A stretch of DNA of 64,000 nucleotides, taken from NCBI RefSeq assembly GCF_009914755.1, contig NC_060926.1, one strand, 5' to 3'. The notes beneath the pieces are model-generated. The model was not told the origin of the DNA and searched no databases. It saw only the letters and a list, made by a program, of their open reading frames with translations. Source of the DNA: the human T2T-CHM13v2.0 reference genome, Homo sapiens. A program made the translations under genes and the position numbers. Within the stretch, counting starts at the first letter, position 1. Each line of letters starts with the position of its first letter. Positions 1-14,190 of this stretch are shown piece by piece.

Positions 1-1744
1 TCTCTGCCCGGCCGCCCATCGTCTGAGATGTGGGGAGCGCCTCTGCCCCGCCGCCCCATCTGGGATGTGAGGAGCGCCTCTGCCCGGCCGAGACCCCGTC
101 TGGGAGGTGAGGAGCGTCTCTGCCCGGCTGCCCCGTCTGAGAAGTGAGGAGACCCTCTGCCTGGCAACCACCCCGTCTGAGAAGTGAGGAGCCCCTCCGC
201 CCAGCAGCTGCCCCGTCTGAGAAGTGAGGAGCCTCTCCGCCCCGCAGCCACCCCATCTGGGAAGTGAGGAGCATCTCCGCCCGGCAGCCACCCCGTCCGG
301 GAGGGAGGTGGGGGGGGGTCAACCCCCCGCCCGGCCAGCTGCCCCATCTGGGAGGGAGGTGGGGGGTCAGCCCCCCCGACCGGCCAGCCGTGCCATCCGA
401 GAGGGAGGTGGGGGGGTCAGCCCCCCGCCCGGCCAGCCGCCCCGTCCGGGAGGTGAGGGGTGCCTCTGCCCGGCCGCCCCTACTGGGAAGTGAGGAGCCC
501 CTCAGCCCGGCCAGCCACCCCGTCCGGGAGGGAGATGAGGGGGTCAGCCCCCCGACCCGGCCAGCCGCCCCATCCGGGAGGGAGGTGGGGTCTGCCCTCC
601 GCCCGGCCAGCCGCCCCGTCTGGGAGGTGAGGGGCGCCTCTGCCCGGCCGCCCCTACTGGGAAGTGAGGAGCCCCTCTGCCCGGCCAGCCGCCCCGTCCG
701 GGAGGGAGGTGGGGGGGTCGGCCCCCCGCCCGGCCAGCCGCCCCGTCCGGGAGGGAGGTGGGGGGGTCGGCCCCCCGCCCGGCCAGCCGACCCGTCCGGG
801 AGGGAGGTGGGGGGGTCGGCCCCCCGCCCGGCCAGCCGCCCCGTCCGGGAGGGAGGTGGGGGTGTCGGCCCCCCGCCCGGCCAGCCGCCCCGTCCGGGAG
901 GGAGGTGGGGGGGGTCAGCCCCCCCGCCCGGCCAGCCGCCCCGTCCGGGAGGTGAGGGGCGCCTCTGCCCGGCCGCCCCTACTGGGAAGTGAGGAGCCCC
1001 TCTGCCCGGCCAGCCGCCCCGTCCGGGAGGGAGGTGGGGGTGTCAGCCCCCCGCCCGGCCAGCCGCCCCGTCCGGGAGGGAGGTGGGGGGGGTCAGCCCC
1101 CCCGCCCGGCCAGCCGCCCCGTCCGGGAGGTGAGGGGCGCCTCTGCCCGGCCGCCCCTACTGGGAAGTGAGGAGCCCCTCTGCCCGGCCACCACCCCGTC
1201 TGGGAGGTGTGCCCAACAGCTCATTGAGAACGGGCCAGGATGACAATGGCAGCTTTGTGGAATAGAAAGGCAGGAAAGGTGGGGAAAAGATTGAGAAATC
1301 GGATGGTTGCCGTGTCTGTGTAGAAAGAAGTAGACATGGGAGACTTTTCATTTTGTTCTGCACTAAGAAAAATTCCTCTGCCTTGGGATCCTGTTGATCT
1401 GTGACCTTACCCCCAACCCTGTGCTCTCTGAAACTTGTGCTGTGTCCACTCAGGGTTAAATGGATTAAGGGCGATGCAAGATGTGCTTTGTTAAAACAGA
1501 TGCTTGAAGGCAGCATGCTCGTTAAGAGTCATCACCACTCCCTAATCTCAAGTACCCAGGGACACAAACACTGCGGAAGGCCGCAGGGTCCTCTGCCTAG
1601 GAAAACCAGAGACCTTTGTTCACTTGTTTATCTGCTGACCTTCCCTCCACTATTGTCCCATGACCCTGCCAAATCCCCCTCTGTGAGAAACACCCAAGAA
1701 TTATCAATAAAAAAATAAATTAAAAAAAAAAAAAAAAAAAAAAA
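1..1744 (+). mobile_element. SVA retrotransposon, 3' part (VNTR ~1-1205, SINE-R ~1206-1705, AATAAA 1706-1711, poly-A); probably young SVA_E/F type
   Basis: GC-rich ~35-50 bp VNTR units (GCCCGGCCAGCCGCCCCGTCCGGGAGGGAGGTGGGGGGG; GCCCCTACTGGGAAGTGAGGAGCCCCTCT), HERV-K-derived SINE-R sequence, AATAAA and a long A tail. The 5' end lies outside the window. Subfamily is from recalled diagnostic positions. Confidence 0.97.
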
Positions 1745-1861
1745 CCTAGATGATGGGTTGATGGGTGTAGCAAACCACCACAGCACATGTATACCTATGT
1801 AATAAACCTGCATGTTCAGCACATATATCCCAGAACTTAAAGTAAAAAAAAAAAAAAAAAA
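1741..1861 (+). mobile_element. L1PA (approx. L1PA7-8) 3' UTR terminus, host of the SVA insertion
   Basis: AAAACCTAGATGATGGGTTG...GCAAACCACC...ATACCTATGTAATAAACCTGCA...CCCAGAACTTAAAGT followed by a poly-A tail. Confidence 0.9.
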
Positions 1862-1908
1862 GACATGTATTTCATCACAGATTTCCTGCGTGTAATGATA
1901 TTAGATAG

Positions 1909-2145
<237 letters not shown>

Positions 2146-2729
2146 TAGATCAGGAAAAGCCACTTTACAGTATGAAAGCTGAAAGAAGGCGGTAGAGAGG
2201 CTCACCTTGTTTGATTTCAGCTGGGAACGGCAATCAATTCAGATTTTTCTCTGCTCTGCAAATGACCGTAATAGTGCCATGATTATTAATTCGGGGGTAA
2301 CAAATTTTGTTGGTAGGCAAATTTACAAACTTGGAATCCATGAATGATGAGGACTGACTATTCCATTCCTCAAATCTCTGTAGTCACATACACACTCCCT
2401 TAAAGGAGTCTTCCAAGAGTTTTCAGAGAGGAGGCTTTGTGCTGGAGGTGAGGACATGAGGCTGCCCTCCAGGAGGGGGGCTCTGGGGGAAGCAGAGGCA
2501 GGGCTGGACCATGACGAGATGTAGCAGACAGGATCAGGGGTATTGTGCCCAAGGGAAATTAGCAAAAGCAGGCAAGGAAGGGAGTCTAGCTTTACTGAAC
2601 CTAAGCATGGTATAAAGCTGCAGAAATTAAAACAGTGTGGTATTGGCGAGGAACAGACCGACAGGGGGATACAGCAGAGAACAGAAATGGATCTAGTCCC
2701 TAAAGGAATCTGACAGATATCAAAATGTT

Positions 2730-3090
2730 TTGTGTTCAGTCTGCTTGGTCAACCCAGAGCCTACAGAGGCCAGGCCGAGGAACCAGGGTTGACTCAGTCC
2801 TGGAGGCAGGTTCTCTCCTGCTTCAAGGGCTGATCTGTGTGTGTACTGAGCAATGGCCAGCCCTCTCACCCTAGCTCAGGAAGGCTCTGAAGGGTCACTC
2901 CAGCTTCAGAGCTCCCTGTGTAGCAGCTGAGGCCGCCAGGGGAGAGAACCCAGCCTGAGTTCTCCCTCTGCGCAGTCCTGTCCCTGCCTCCTCCTGCCAC
3001 CAGTGTGGTTCCCCAGAATGCTTTCAAATAAACCTTTACACACTAATCCCTTTCCCAGTCTATTTTTCCAGAAAACCAAACTTATGACAG
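2730..3090 (+). mobile_element. Old ERVL-type solo LTR (LTR16/LTR33-like)
   Basis: CCAGCTTCAGAGCTCCCTGTG..., AATAAAC near 3027 and a ...AAACCAAACTTATGACA terminus typical of ERVL LTRs. Confidence 0.55.
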
Positions 3091-3120
3091 GCCCAGTCTA
3101 GGTGACTTTTTTACCCCTCA

Positions 3121-3545
3121 TGTGTTAGTGATCTATTGCTGCATAACAAATTACCCTAAAACTCAAGGGTTTGAAACAATAAATATTTATTATCTCACAC
3201 AGCTTCTGTGAGTCAAGAATTTGGGAGCAACTTAGCTAGGTGCTTCTGGGTAGGCGCCTTGCATGAGAATGCATTTGAGATATGGCTAGGGTTGCTGTCT
3301 TCTCTCTGAAGACTTGACTGGGGACTGTTGGGCTCACTAACATGGCTGTTGGCAGGAGGCTTCAGCTTCTCTTCATGTAGACCTCTCCACCGGGGCTGCT
3401 TGAGTTTTCTCACAATGTGACAGCTGGCTTCCTCAAGGGCAGGTAATCCAAGAGATTACCAAGGGCAGGTAATCCAAGAGACAGTGGGGAGGAAGCAGCC
3501 ATGCCTTTAATGACCTAGTCTTGGAGGTCATGCCCTGCCAATTCT
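3121..3545 (-). mobile_element. MLT1 (MaLR) LTR
   Basis: TGTGTTAGTGATCTATTGCTGCATAACAAATTACCCTAAAACT...TTATTATCTCACACAGCTTCTGTGAGTCAAGAATTTGGGAGC is the characteristic reverse MLT1 end. Confidence 0.8.
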
Positions 3546-3789
3546 GGATGATGGAGCCATTAGTTGATGACACCTGGAAGAGGGCAGGTTAGGAGAGTCT
3601 GTGTGTAGGGGGCAGTATTCAAGGTGAGGTTCGAGGAAGGATTTTCCAGATGCAGCATCTCTCAGGCCCTTTGGAAAGTGTGCCATTCATGAAAAACCTT
3701 GTGACTCGTAAGGCTTTAGTTGGCAAGAGAGATTTTTGTGGAAAACTATGCATAAGGGAAAAGCAATGGAAACATCAAACAGACATTTA

Positions 3790-4215
3790 TTTATTTATTT
3801 TTATTTTACTTTAAGTTCTGGGATACATGTGCAGAATGTGCAGGTTTGTTACATAGGTATACATGTGCCATGGTGGTTTGCTGCACCTATCAACCCATCA
3901 TCTAGGTTTTAAGCCCCACACACATTAGGTATTTTTCCTAATGCTCTCCCTCCCCTTGTCCCTCATGCTCTGACAGGCCCTGGTATGTGATATTCCCCTC
4001 CCTGTATCCATGTGTTCTTATTGTTCAAGTCCCACTTATGAGTGAGAACATGTGGTATTCGGCTTTGTGTTCCTGTGTTAGTTTGCTGAGAATGATGGCT
4101 TCAAGCTTCATCCATGTCCCTGCAAAGGACATGAACTCATTCTTTTTATGGCTGTATAGTATTCCACAGTGTATATGTGTCACATTTTCTTTATCCAGTC
4201 TATCATTAATGGGCA
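3790..4215 (-). mobile_element. 5'-truncated L1PA (approx. L1PA7-8) with target-site duplication
   Basis: Reverse L1 3' UTR plus ORF2 C-terminus (track ORF ...NEFMSFAGTWMKLEAIILSKLTQ). Flanked by CAAACAGACATTTA (3776-3789) and CAACCAGACATTTA (4216-4229). Confidence 0.93.
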
Positions 4216-4414
4216 CAACCAGACATTTAAAATCCGCTGTGTTAAAGTTCTAGTTTCCAAGCAGATCAGATTCTCTGATATTTAAAACCTACATTCCCTT
4301 TGTTCAAATCAATTTCTTCAATGGTCCAGGAAACCCCACCAAGTTCCCCCAGGCTCTCCACAGACTCTTTAAAGACCTGCAAGGTGGTGCCCTTGCCGCT
4401 GCATTTGCTCTTCA

Positions 4415-4645
4415 TATGGTTCAGCTCAGGCTGCCTTAATAAAGCCCCATCGACTGGGGGCTTAACCACATACTGATTTCCTACAGTTCCTGAGGCTGGA
4501 AGTCCGAGATCAGAGTGCCAAGATGGTCAGGTTCTGTTAAGGGCCCTCTTCCTGGCTTGTAGGTGGCCTTTCTCACTGTGTCCTCACATGGCAAGAGAGG
4601 AAGATGAGTTCTCTGGTGTCTCTTTTTATAAGGATATTAATCCTA
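4415..4645 (-). mobile_element. MLT1A/MST-type LTR fragment
   Basis: GGCTGGAAGTCCGAGATCAGAGTGCCA...GGGCCCTCTTCCTGGCTTGTAG...TCTCACTGTGTCCTCACATGG. Confidence 0.75.
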
Positions 4646-4782
4646 TTTTGTATTGTTTCTGTCACTTTCAGTCCATGCTGATGGCGTTTCTGCCAACCAT
4701 TTTCTTAAAACCTTTGTGAGTTTCTTGTAAATCTTAGTGGGGTTCACTTCACTAAAGACAAAAGTCACCCTTACAAAGCTTT

Positions 4783-5330
4783 CTGTTTGTTTGTTTTTGA
4801 GACGGGGGTCTCGCTCTGTCGCCCAGGCTGGAGTGCAGTGGTGTGATCACAGCTCACTGCAGCCTTGACCTCCTGGGCTCGAGCAATTCTCCCACCTCAG
4901 CTACCGAGTAGCTGATGCTACAGGTATGCACCACCACACCTGGCTAATTTTTTTTTAAGTTTTTTTTTTTTTAACTCTCAGAGCCCCAGCTCTGCTCTGT
5001 AGACATAGGGTCTCACTATGTTGCCCTGGCAGGTCTCCAGCACCTGGGCTCAAATGGTCTGCCTGTCTCAGCCTCCTACAAACCTTTTGGATAAGCCCTT
5101 CTCTACTGTGGACTTCTACTGAGACTGTAGCCCTAATTTTGCATAAATAGTTCTCCAAGGCACCTCCTTTAACTACCTTAAAAAGCAGTTCCATCATATC
5201 CTGTTTCTCTTTCTTTTAGAGACAGGGTCTTTCTATGTTGCCCAGGCTGGCCTTGAACTCCTGGTCTCAAGTAATGCTCAGGCCTCAGCCTCCTGAGTGG
5301 GCCTATGGGCACGCACCATCGCAACTGGCT
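4783..5330 (-). mobile_element. AluJ (~4783-5075) and FLAM (~5205-5330)
   Basis: Reverse Alu sequences with AluJ-type features (GTGTGATCACAGCTCACTGCAGCCTTGACCTCCTGGGCTC). Confidence 0.85.
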
Positions 5331-5334
5331 TCCA

Positions 5335-5890
5335 GAACCTTTATTTGTCTCAGTGTGGTTTCACTCTGTGAATAGCTGTTCTGGGGTCTCTAGCCAATGT
5401 CCCATGTGTTCAAAGAACTCCCCGTTCTTTGGCTGGTAGAAACTTGAATAGTTCCTGGCTCTGTGTAAGATGTGAGAATTATTTGGCATGCAGTCATTGT
5501 TCTTTCCCAGGTAGTTGGGTTTTTTTTGTCTGGCTTTATGGAGTTTTCGCCTTATTCATTCACATACTGATATTCAGCCAAAAAGCTTATGTGACCCCTA
5601 TTAGTATTTCTGGAGCTTTTCTCCACCTGGATTCTTTGTCTCTGGTACTCTGCTTTCCAAATTCTGATTACCACAGCCTAGCAAACACCGATTCCATTGT
5701 CCTCTACTCAGCAAGACTGCCACACCTTGCTGGGGATGCCCTTTCTATACTACACTCTGGGAACTGCCTCCAGGTAGGAAATTGGAGGTCACAAAGCTCA
5801 CTCCATTGGCTTTCTTTCTCTCCTGTCCCGTGCTGCTCAGCCTCTGCAGTTGTTTCGTGTATTTTATCCAATTTTCCGACTGTGTGTTTG
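5335..5890 (-). mobile_element. Old L1M 5'-region fragment
   Basis: Degenerate pyrimidine-rich sequence resembling the reverse of an L1M4/MC 5' UTR (AATAGCTGTTCTGGGGTCTCTAGCCAATG...). Confidence 0.45.
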
Positions 5891-6011
5891 TAGTGAAAAA
5901 AATTACCAACGTGTCCATTGAGATTTGGGTCAGGACTTTTCTATGTACTTATATCAAAGGACCTGGTCCAGTGACAGAAGTGGTAAGTGGAAGGGTTTTC
6001 TCATGGCTTGA

Positions 6012-6640
<629 letters not shown>

Positions 6641-7459
6641 TGAAAAACATCCTAGTAGCCAGTGAAACCAACCCAAAATGTACAGAGCCAAAGCCTATCA
6701 CCTCCATTGAAGTCAATGCCTGACCCGGTCCTCTGCCCTTGGAGGCAGACAACATTGGCAGCCAAGGCTGTAGGACCTTTCTCCTCACTCACCTACATGC
6801 TCACTCATCCCACTTGTGGGATGGGGAATGGCTGCTTTAGCCAAAATTGTGTGTACACATATGGGTGTGAGTGGGTGGCATGTACACATATGTGGGCATG
6901 TGTGTGTGTATAAAACCGCCCCTTGCCCATGCCACTGCACAATATGTGTCATGGGCCTTGCTACCATTAGTAGATATAAAGTTATATCTTTTTATGTCTC
7001 TGAGCATATATTTACTACATAAATAATGTTACACAAATTAAAATATATAATATATGCTTTTGTCTGTCTACTGTGAAGATTTTTTTCCTTTTACCTGCCT
7101 GCCTTTTTCCTTTCAAGCCTCTCCTTCCCTCCCAGCTCCCCATTCCCCTTCCTTCTCCCCACCTTCTCTCTTTTGTAATTTTTTCCTTTATTTTTGTTTT
7201 TAGTAGAGACACAGTCTTGCTATGTTGCCCAAGCTGGTCTCGAGCTCCTGAGCTCAAGCATCCTCCTGCCTCAGCCTCCCAAAGTGCTGGGATTACAGGC
7301 GTGAGCCACTGCCCAGCCCCCATCTTCTCTCTTATGTCCTTCCTCTCTCTTTTCCATTTCTCCACCCCACATTGCCTCACCCCACACATGTAACCTTGCC
7401 CATATTCTTTCAGAACCTTCTCCATACTGATATAATCATATGAGGCTTACATGCCCAGG

Positions 7460-7522
7460 TGTGTGCGTGCACGAGTGTGTGTGTGCACGTGCATGTGTGT
7501 GTGTGCACGCGCTTGTGTGTGT
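7460..7522. repeat. Degenerate (TG/CA)n purine-pyrimidine microsatellite
   Basis: GTGTGTGCGTGCACGAGTGTGTGTGTGCACGTGCATGTGTGT... Confidence 0.8.
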
Positions 7523-8134
7523 ACACAGACATGCATAGGAGATTTTGGCCCTTATTTGTTTTACAAAAGTGGAATTCTATTAAACATACATCTTTGCAAA
7601 TACCTCGTAGAAAGCCTACAAGTTAAAGAGCAGAGCTCCAATTTTTTCATCTCATTGCTTCCTGCCACTCACCTTGAGGACGCATCTTAATCCACCCACC
7701 TCCTCATTGATGAGCGCTCCGTCTGTGCTCCGCCTCTATTCACAGTGCTGCCATTGACAACTTTTTTCATGTGTTCTGATGTGGTGGTGTGTCTGTTTCT
7801 AGAATTACAATAGTGAAAAGTATGCGTATGTTTTATTTTAGTACAGGTTGCCAAATTGCTGTTTACCAAAACCTGAAGCAGTGCCCTGTAAGGGGAAAAC
7901 TCCAGCCACAGCTCTCATGGCTGCCCTCCATGATAACAAATGATACAGCATTGTGACTTTAATTTGCATTTATTCAACCACCAATACACTTGAGAATGTT
8001 TTTATAGTTGAGTGGCCATTTGGATTGCTCTTCTGTGAATTTTCTGTTTGTGTCGTTTGTCCACTTTTTAAAATTGTGTTATCTTTTCTTGCAAATTTGT
8101 AAGAGTTCTTTGTATACTACGCACTGTATTCTAG

Positions 8135-8511
<377 letters not shown>

Positions 8512-9184
8512 ATCTGTTTCTTTATTAAATTTGCTGATGGTATTCTTCACCATGCAAAGTTTTAAAATTATTATATAAGCAAACATGTCTGTCTTTTATA
8601 GCTTCTGAATTTCCTATTTTGGCTAAGAATCAGTCTCCTAGGTTTCTTCAGTTTTGCTTTGGTTTGGTTTTGGCTATTTTAACATTTATAACGTCATCTA
8701 GAATTCAGTTTGGGATTGTGGTGTGTGAGAGGGTCCAGTTTATTTCCTTCTGATGGAGAGACAGGTTGGCCAGGGCCATTGAGGGGACACGCTAGCTTTT
8801 CCCTCTTACTTGTAACGCTTCCTTTTTAATCCGTTAACCTCGCATATACTGGACTCCCTTCCTGAATTGTCTCACTGTTCCAGGAATCTAGTTGTCTCTT
8901 CCCACATAGACACTATATCGGTTGGTTACAAAATGTCCTCATTTGGTTCCGCCGGCTGCTGTTTTTCATGCTTATCTTGCAGACCTTGGTCATTTATTTA
9001 CCCATGCAAAAATATTCCTATGCAAGAATGTGATATGCCTTCCATCTGTTCAGATTTTCTCTAATGTCCTAAGGCTGGTTTTATAGTTCTCTTCCTAGGG
9101 TCCTTCCCTTTCAAACGAAAGTCTCCTGTGTATGATTTATTTCCTTAAATCACTTCAACAAATGTTTATTGAACACAAATAGTC

Positions 9185-9730
9185 AGACGGAGCCCGAAGC
9201 TGCAGGGTCCGCGGTACTAGGAGCCTGCAGGCTGGAGGGGAAGGGGCAGAAGAAGACTGGGGAGGCAGGATGGGACAGGGCGGGAACAGGAAGGAGACCC
9301 CTTGAGGGACCTGCGCAGGGTTCCAGCCCCGCGACCCACCGGCAGAGGGCGGTACCAAGGAGGGTCCGTGCGGGCTTCTCGGTCCCTGGCAACCCGCTGG
9401 TCACTGTCTTCCAGGACTGGTAGAGGGCGGCCTTGGGCCCCTGCAGGCGGGAGGCAGGAGACGGGGCCTGCCCACCTCGCCCCAGGCTGCTGTGCCGCAC
9501 CCAGGGTGGCCCAGAGCCGCGGTGCCAGCGGTGCCAGCCTGAGGCAGGGTGCAGTATAGGGACCTGGGCCAGGCCCCAGGGGAAAGCGCTTCCCTCCAGC
9601 CGCGGACACCCCAGGGGCCACGGCGGGGTTGGCGGGAGTCCGGCCAGGAATCCGAAATCGGGTTCCAGGAATCTGGGGCCGCGGCCTGGGTCCAAAAGAC
9701 CCCTCCGCTTGTTCCTGTGGGGCGGGTAAA
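9185..9730. promoter_or_regulatory. Orphan CpG-rich island with CTCF-like and RFX-like motifs
   Basis: High GC with many CpGs in non-repeat sequence. CCGGCAGAGGGCGG at 9339-9352, CTGGTAGAGGGCGG at 9417-9430, GGTCCCTGGCAAC at 9381-9393. Confidence 0.6.
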
Positions 9731-9934
9731 AGCAGACCCCAGGGAGTACATGGATAGGCAAAATCGTATGATTCAAAAGGAACAAAAAGGGTGCACAGTG
9801 CCCCTCGCCCCCATTCCATCAATTCAGGACCTTTGTCAGTCTTATAGATGAAAACGCCTACTAGAGATTTAATTCTCATTTTCTCTTACGAGTGAGTTCT
9901 GGCATCATTTCATGTTAAAGCCCTTTGTAATAAT

Positions 9935-10228
9935 CATATGATCCAGCAATTCCACTTCTAAGTATACATACATCCAAAAGAATTGAAAGCAGGGACTCGA
10001 ACAGGTATTTGTACACTCATGTTCACAGCAGCGTCACTCATAATAGGCCAAATGTGGACATAACCCAAGGGTCTGTCTGCAGATGAGCGGGTAAACAAAA
10101 CGTGGTACAGTAGTCCCCTTTATCGGCGCATGACAGTTCCATGACCCCCGGTGGATGCCGGAAACCATGGATAGCATTGAACCCTACCTACATATGCCAA
10201 GGGTTTTTTTCCCCCTTTTCCGTGTGTG

Positions 10229-10291
<63 letters not shown>

Positions 10292-11160
10292 TCTCACTCT
10301 ATTGCCCAGACTGGTCTTAAACTCCTGGGCTCAAGAGGTCCTCCCACTTCCACCTTCCAAAGTGTTTTTCAGGAGTACAGGCCTGAGCTACAAGGCCCAA
10401 CCCTGTTTATTTCGTATACATACATCCCTATGATAAAGTTTAATTTATGAATTAGGCACAGTAAGACATTAACAATAACGAATCATAAATAGAACGGTTA
10501 AGTAAAATAAAGATTGCTTGTACACAAATGCCGCAATACTGAGATCACCAATATGATAACCAAGCTGGGTACTAAGTGACTAACAGGCAGTGGCATAGAT
10601 GCGGGAAATTTTGTCACACTACTCACAGCAGTGAGAAATTTAAAACTCATGAATTGTTTATTTCTGGAATCTTCTGTTTAATATTTTCCGACTGCAGTTG
10701 ACCCCAGGTAACTTAAACCATGGAAGAAGAAACCCCAAAAAGGGGGGAACTGTTGTATATACATACAGTGGTGTATTATTCAGCCTTAAAAAGGAATGAA
10801 ATTCTGACACGTGGTATAAACATGGACAGACCTCAAAGGCATTATACTAAAAAATAAGCCAGACACAAAAGAACAAATATTGTATGACTTCACGTATATG
10901 AAATATCTAGAATAGGCAAATTCACAGAGACAGAATCATGGTTGCTAGGGATTGGGGGTGGGGGGGTATAGGGAATTATTTAACGGGTACAGAGTTTCAG
11001 TTTGGGGAGATGAAAAAGTTCTAGAAATGGATAGTGGTTAACCACAATATGAATATATTTGTACTACAATATGAATATATTTAATGCCACTGAATTTTAT
11101 ACTTAGAAATGGTTAAAATGGTAATTTTTACATTATATATATTTTACCACGATAGAAAAG
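9935..11160 (+). mobile_element. L1MB-type 3' end, interrupted by Tigger4
   Basis: CATATGATCCAGCAATTCCACTTCTAAGTATA...; after the insert TATTATTCAGCCTTAAAAAGGAATGAAATTCTGACAC...AATGGTTAAAATGGTAATTTT. Confidence 0.85.
10108..10755 (+). mobile_element. Tigger4/Zombi-type DNA transposon relic containing an Alu monomer with a (TG)n(GA)n tail (~10222-10400)
   Basis: Terminal inverted repeats CAGTAGTCCCC...GGGGGGAACTGTTG flanked by TA (10106-10107, 10756-10757); internal ATAAAGTTTAATTTATGAATTAGGCACAGTAAGA. Confidence 0.8.
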
Positions 11161-11175
11161 AGAACTAGCCATTTA

Positions 11176-11850
<675 letters not shown>

Positions 11851-12194
11851 ATACTAACAATGAAAAGAAGCCATTTTTATTGCCTTTTCTGTGTCTTAGT
11901 GTCATGAAAGAGATTTTGCATTGCAGGTTAAACGGTTTATTTCTAAAATTTACATAAACTTCTGCAAAAAAGAAATGATTTACTTATTCCTGGAAAGTCT
12001 ACATTTTATTATACATTGGTTGGGTTAATCATATCAGTCAATGGTGTCATAGTCAGTGGGTTAAATATTATGAACTGTAACAATTATAGTTAACTCCAAA
12101 ATACAAACAGTCTTCTACAACATGTTAACCTTTACCTTTTCCTCTTATAAACCTACATTATAAACACCTTAAGATAACAGTTTTGGGTTAAGGG

Positions 12195-12608
12195 TGTCAA
12201 AAGGCAAAATTACAACTAACTTAGTTATGGATCTAATTGGCTTTTTGAGATTCATGAATTGCAGCCGCCTCCATTCTACAAACTAGTATGAGAGCTCCCA
12301 CTGGGTGGGTTTTGTAAGATGGGAATAAAGAAATAGGATTTTAAAAAGCTGATTGGTTATCAGGTTACTTTTTTGTGAGAGTTAAAACAGAGGAGACTCC
12401 CTTATTAGCCTGGCTCAGGTAGACTGAAATCTCCTGTTTTCAGAAAAAACTGTTCTGGTTGGTGATCTACCTATCTGCTTCCTTAAAGTTTCAATTAGAT
12501 TATGTGACATTTAGCATGAGTGACTCCATTTCGGTTAGGTGTGGCCTTTTGGGGCCTAGTGCAGCAGCTCAGTCCAAAACAATAGTTTCCCATAATCTTT
12601 GTTTAACA
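12195..12608 (-). mobile_element. ERV1 solo LTR (MER31-like)
   Basis: TG...CA termini. The reverse reads TGTTAAACAAAGATTATGGGAAACTATTGTTTTGGACTGAGCTGCTGCACTAGGCCCC...GGAGTCACTCATGCTAAA. Confidence 0.7.
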
Positions 12609-12717
12609 GAGGTTACATCTGATAAGAGATTAACAATAAATATTTCTTATTGACTAATTTATCATTGTTGTCTCATGCAAAGTTCTTCCCTTGTTTTATT
12701 TATATTTTAAATTTTGT

Positions 12718-13017
12718 TTATATATATGTATGTGTGTATATGTATATATATATATATACTTTTTTTTTTTTTTGAGTGGTGCAATCATGGCTCACTGCAG
12801 CCTCTGCCTCTTGGATTCCAGCAATCCTCCCACCTCAGCCTCCTGAGGAGCTAGAACTACAGGTGCCCACCACCACACCCAGATAATTTTTGTATTTTTT
12901 GTAGAGACAGCATTTTGCCATGTTGCCCAGGCTGGTCTTGAACTCCTGTACTCAAACAATCCATCCTCCTCAGCCTCCAAAGTTTTGGGATTATAGTCAT
13001 GAGACACCGTGCCTTGC
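12718..13017 (-). mobile_element. AluJ with adjacent (TA)n/(TG)n tail
   Basis: Reverse Alu preceded by TATATATG... and a T run. Confidence 0.85.
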
Positions 13018-13373
13018 CCTTTGTTAATATATGTATTTGCATTTACCCCAACTCCTTTTCCATTCTCCCCATAGGCAACTGCTCCAGTGTCTTTAATGTG
13101 TATCCTTTTGCATGTTTTCTAGCCAGTGTTTTCTGTACATGCATTTTTAATTTATGACAATAACATTGCACTATATAACTCTGCTTCTTTTTTTTTCCTC
13201 CAGCAGCATGTTTTCACGATCCATTTATGTTGTTCTGTGCATATCTAATCTGGGGGCTGTCCACTCTCCCCCAGCAATGCCTGGAGATTCCTACATCCCT
13301 ACAACCCCAACAATAATTTCATGATTCAGCTTTCTAATTTTTGCCAGTTTTTAGATGTAGGGTAATTTCCTCA

Positions 13374-13890
<517 letters not shown>

Positions 13891-14009
13891 TTATATTTAC
13901 TAGTCTTTAGGGTTTTCTCTTGGATTGCTGGATATATCCTTTGCCTATCTTTCTGTTGTGATTTCTATCGTGTTCTTGATGATTTGTAAGAGTTCCTTTA
14001 TGTTCTAGA

Positions 14010-14190
14010 CCTGCACTGTCCAACAGGGTAATCACTAGGCAAATATGGCTATTTATGGTTAAATTAATAAAAATGTAGTTCCTAATTCACAGTAGCCGCA
14101 TTTCAAGTGCTCAGTAGCTACATGCAGCTGGTGCACCGAGCAGCTATAGAACACTTCCCTCACTGCAGAGAACTCCACCAGACGCACTGG
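14010..14190. mobile_element. MER3-like hAT-Charlie MITE
   Basis: CTGCACTGTCCAA...AGTAGCCGCATTTCAAGTGCTCAGTAGCTACATG, with TCTAGAC on both flanks. Confidence 0.7.

Noticed and set aside
224-1718. Pro/Gly/Arg-rich ORFs up to 242 aa
   Set aside because: They are translations of the SVA VNTR and SINE-R, with no independent evidence of coding.
9155-9879. Overlapping ORFs of 85-220 aa across the orphan CpG island
   Set aside because: Low-complexity, GC-driven ORFs in several frames with no recognisable domain.
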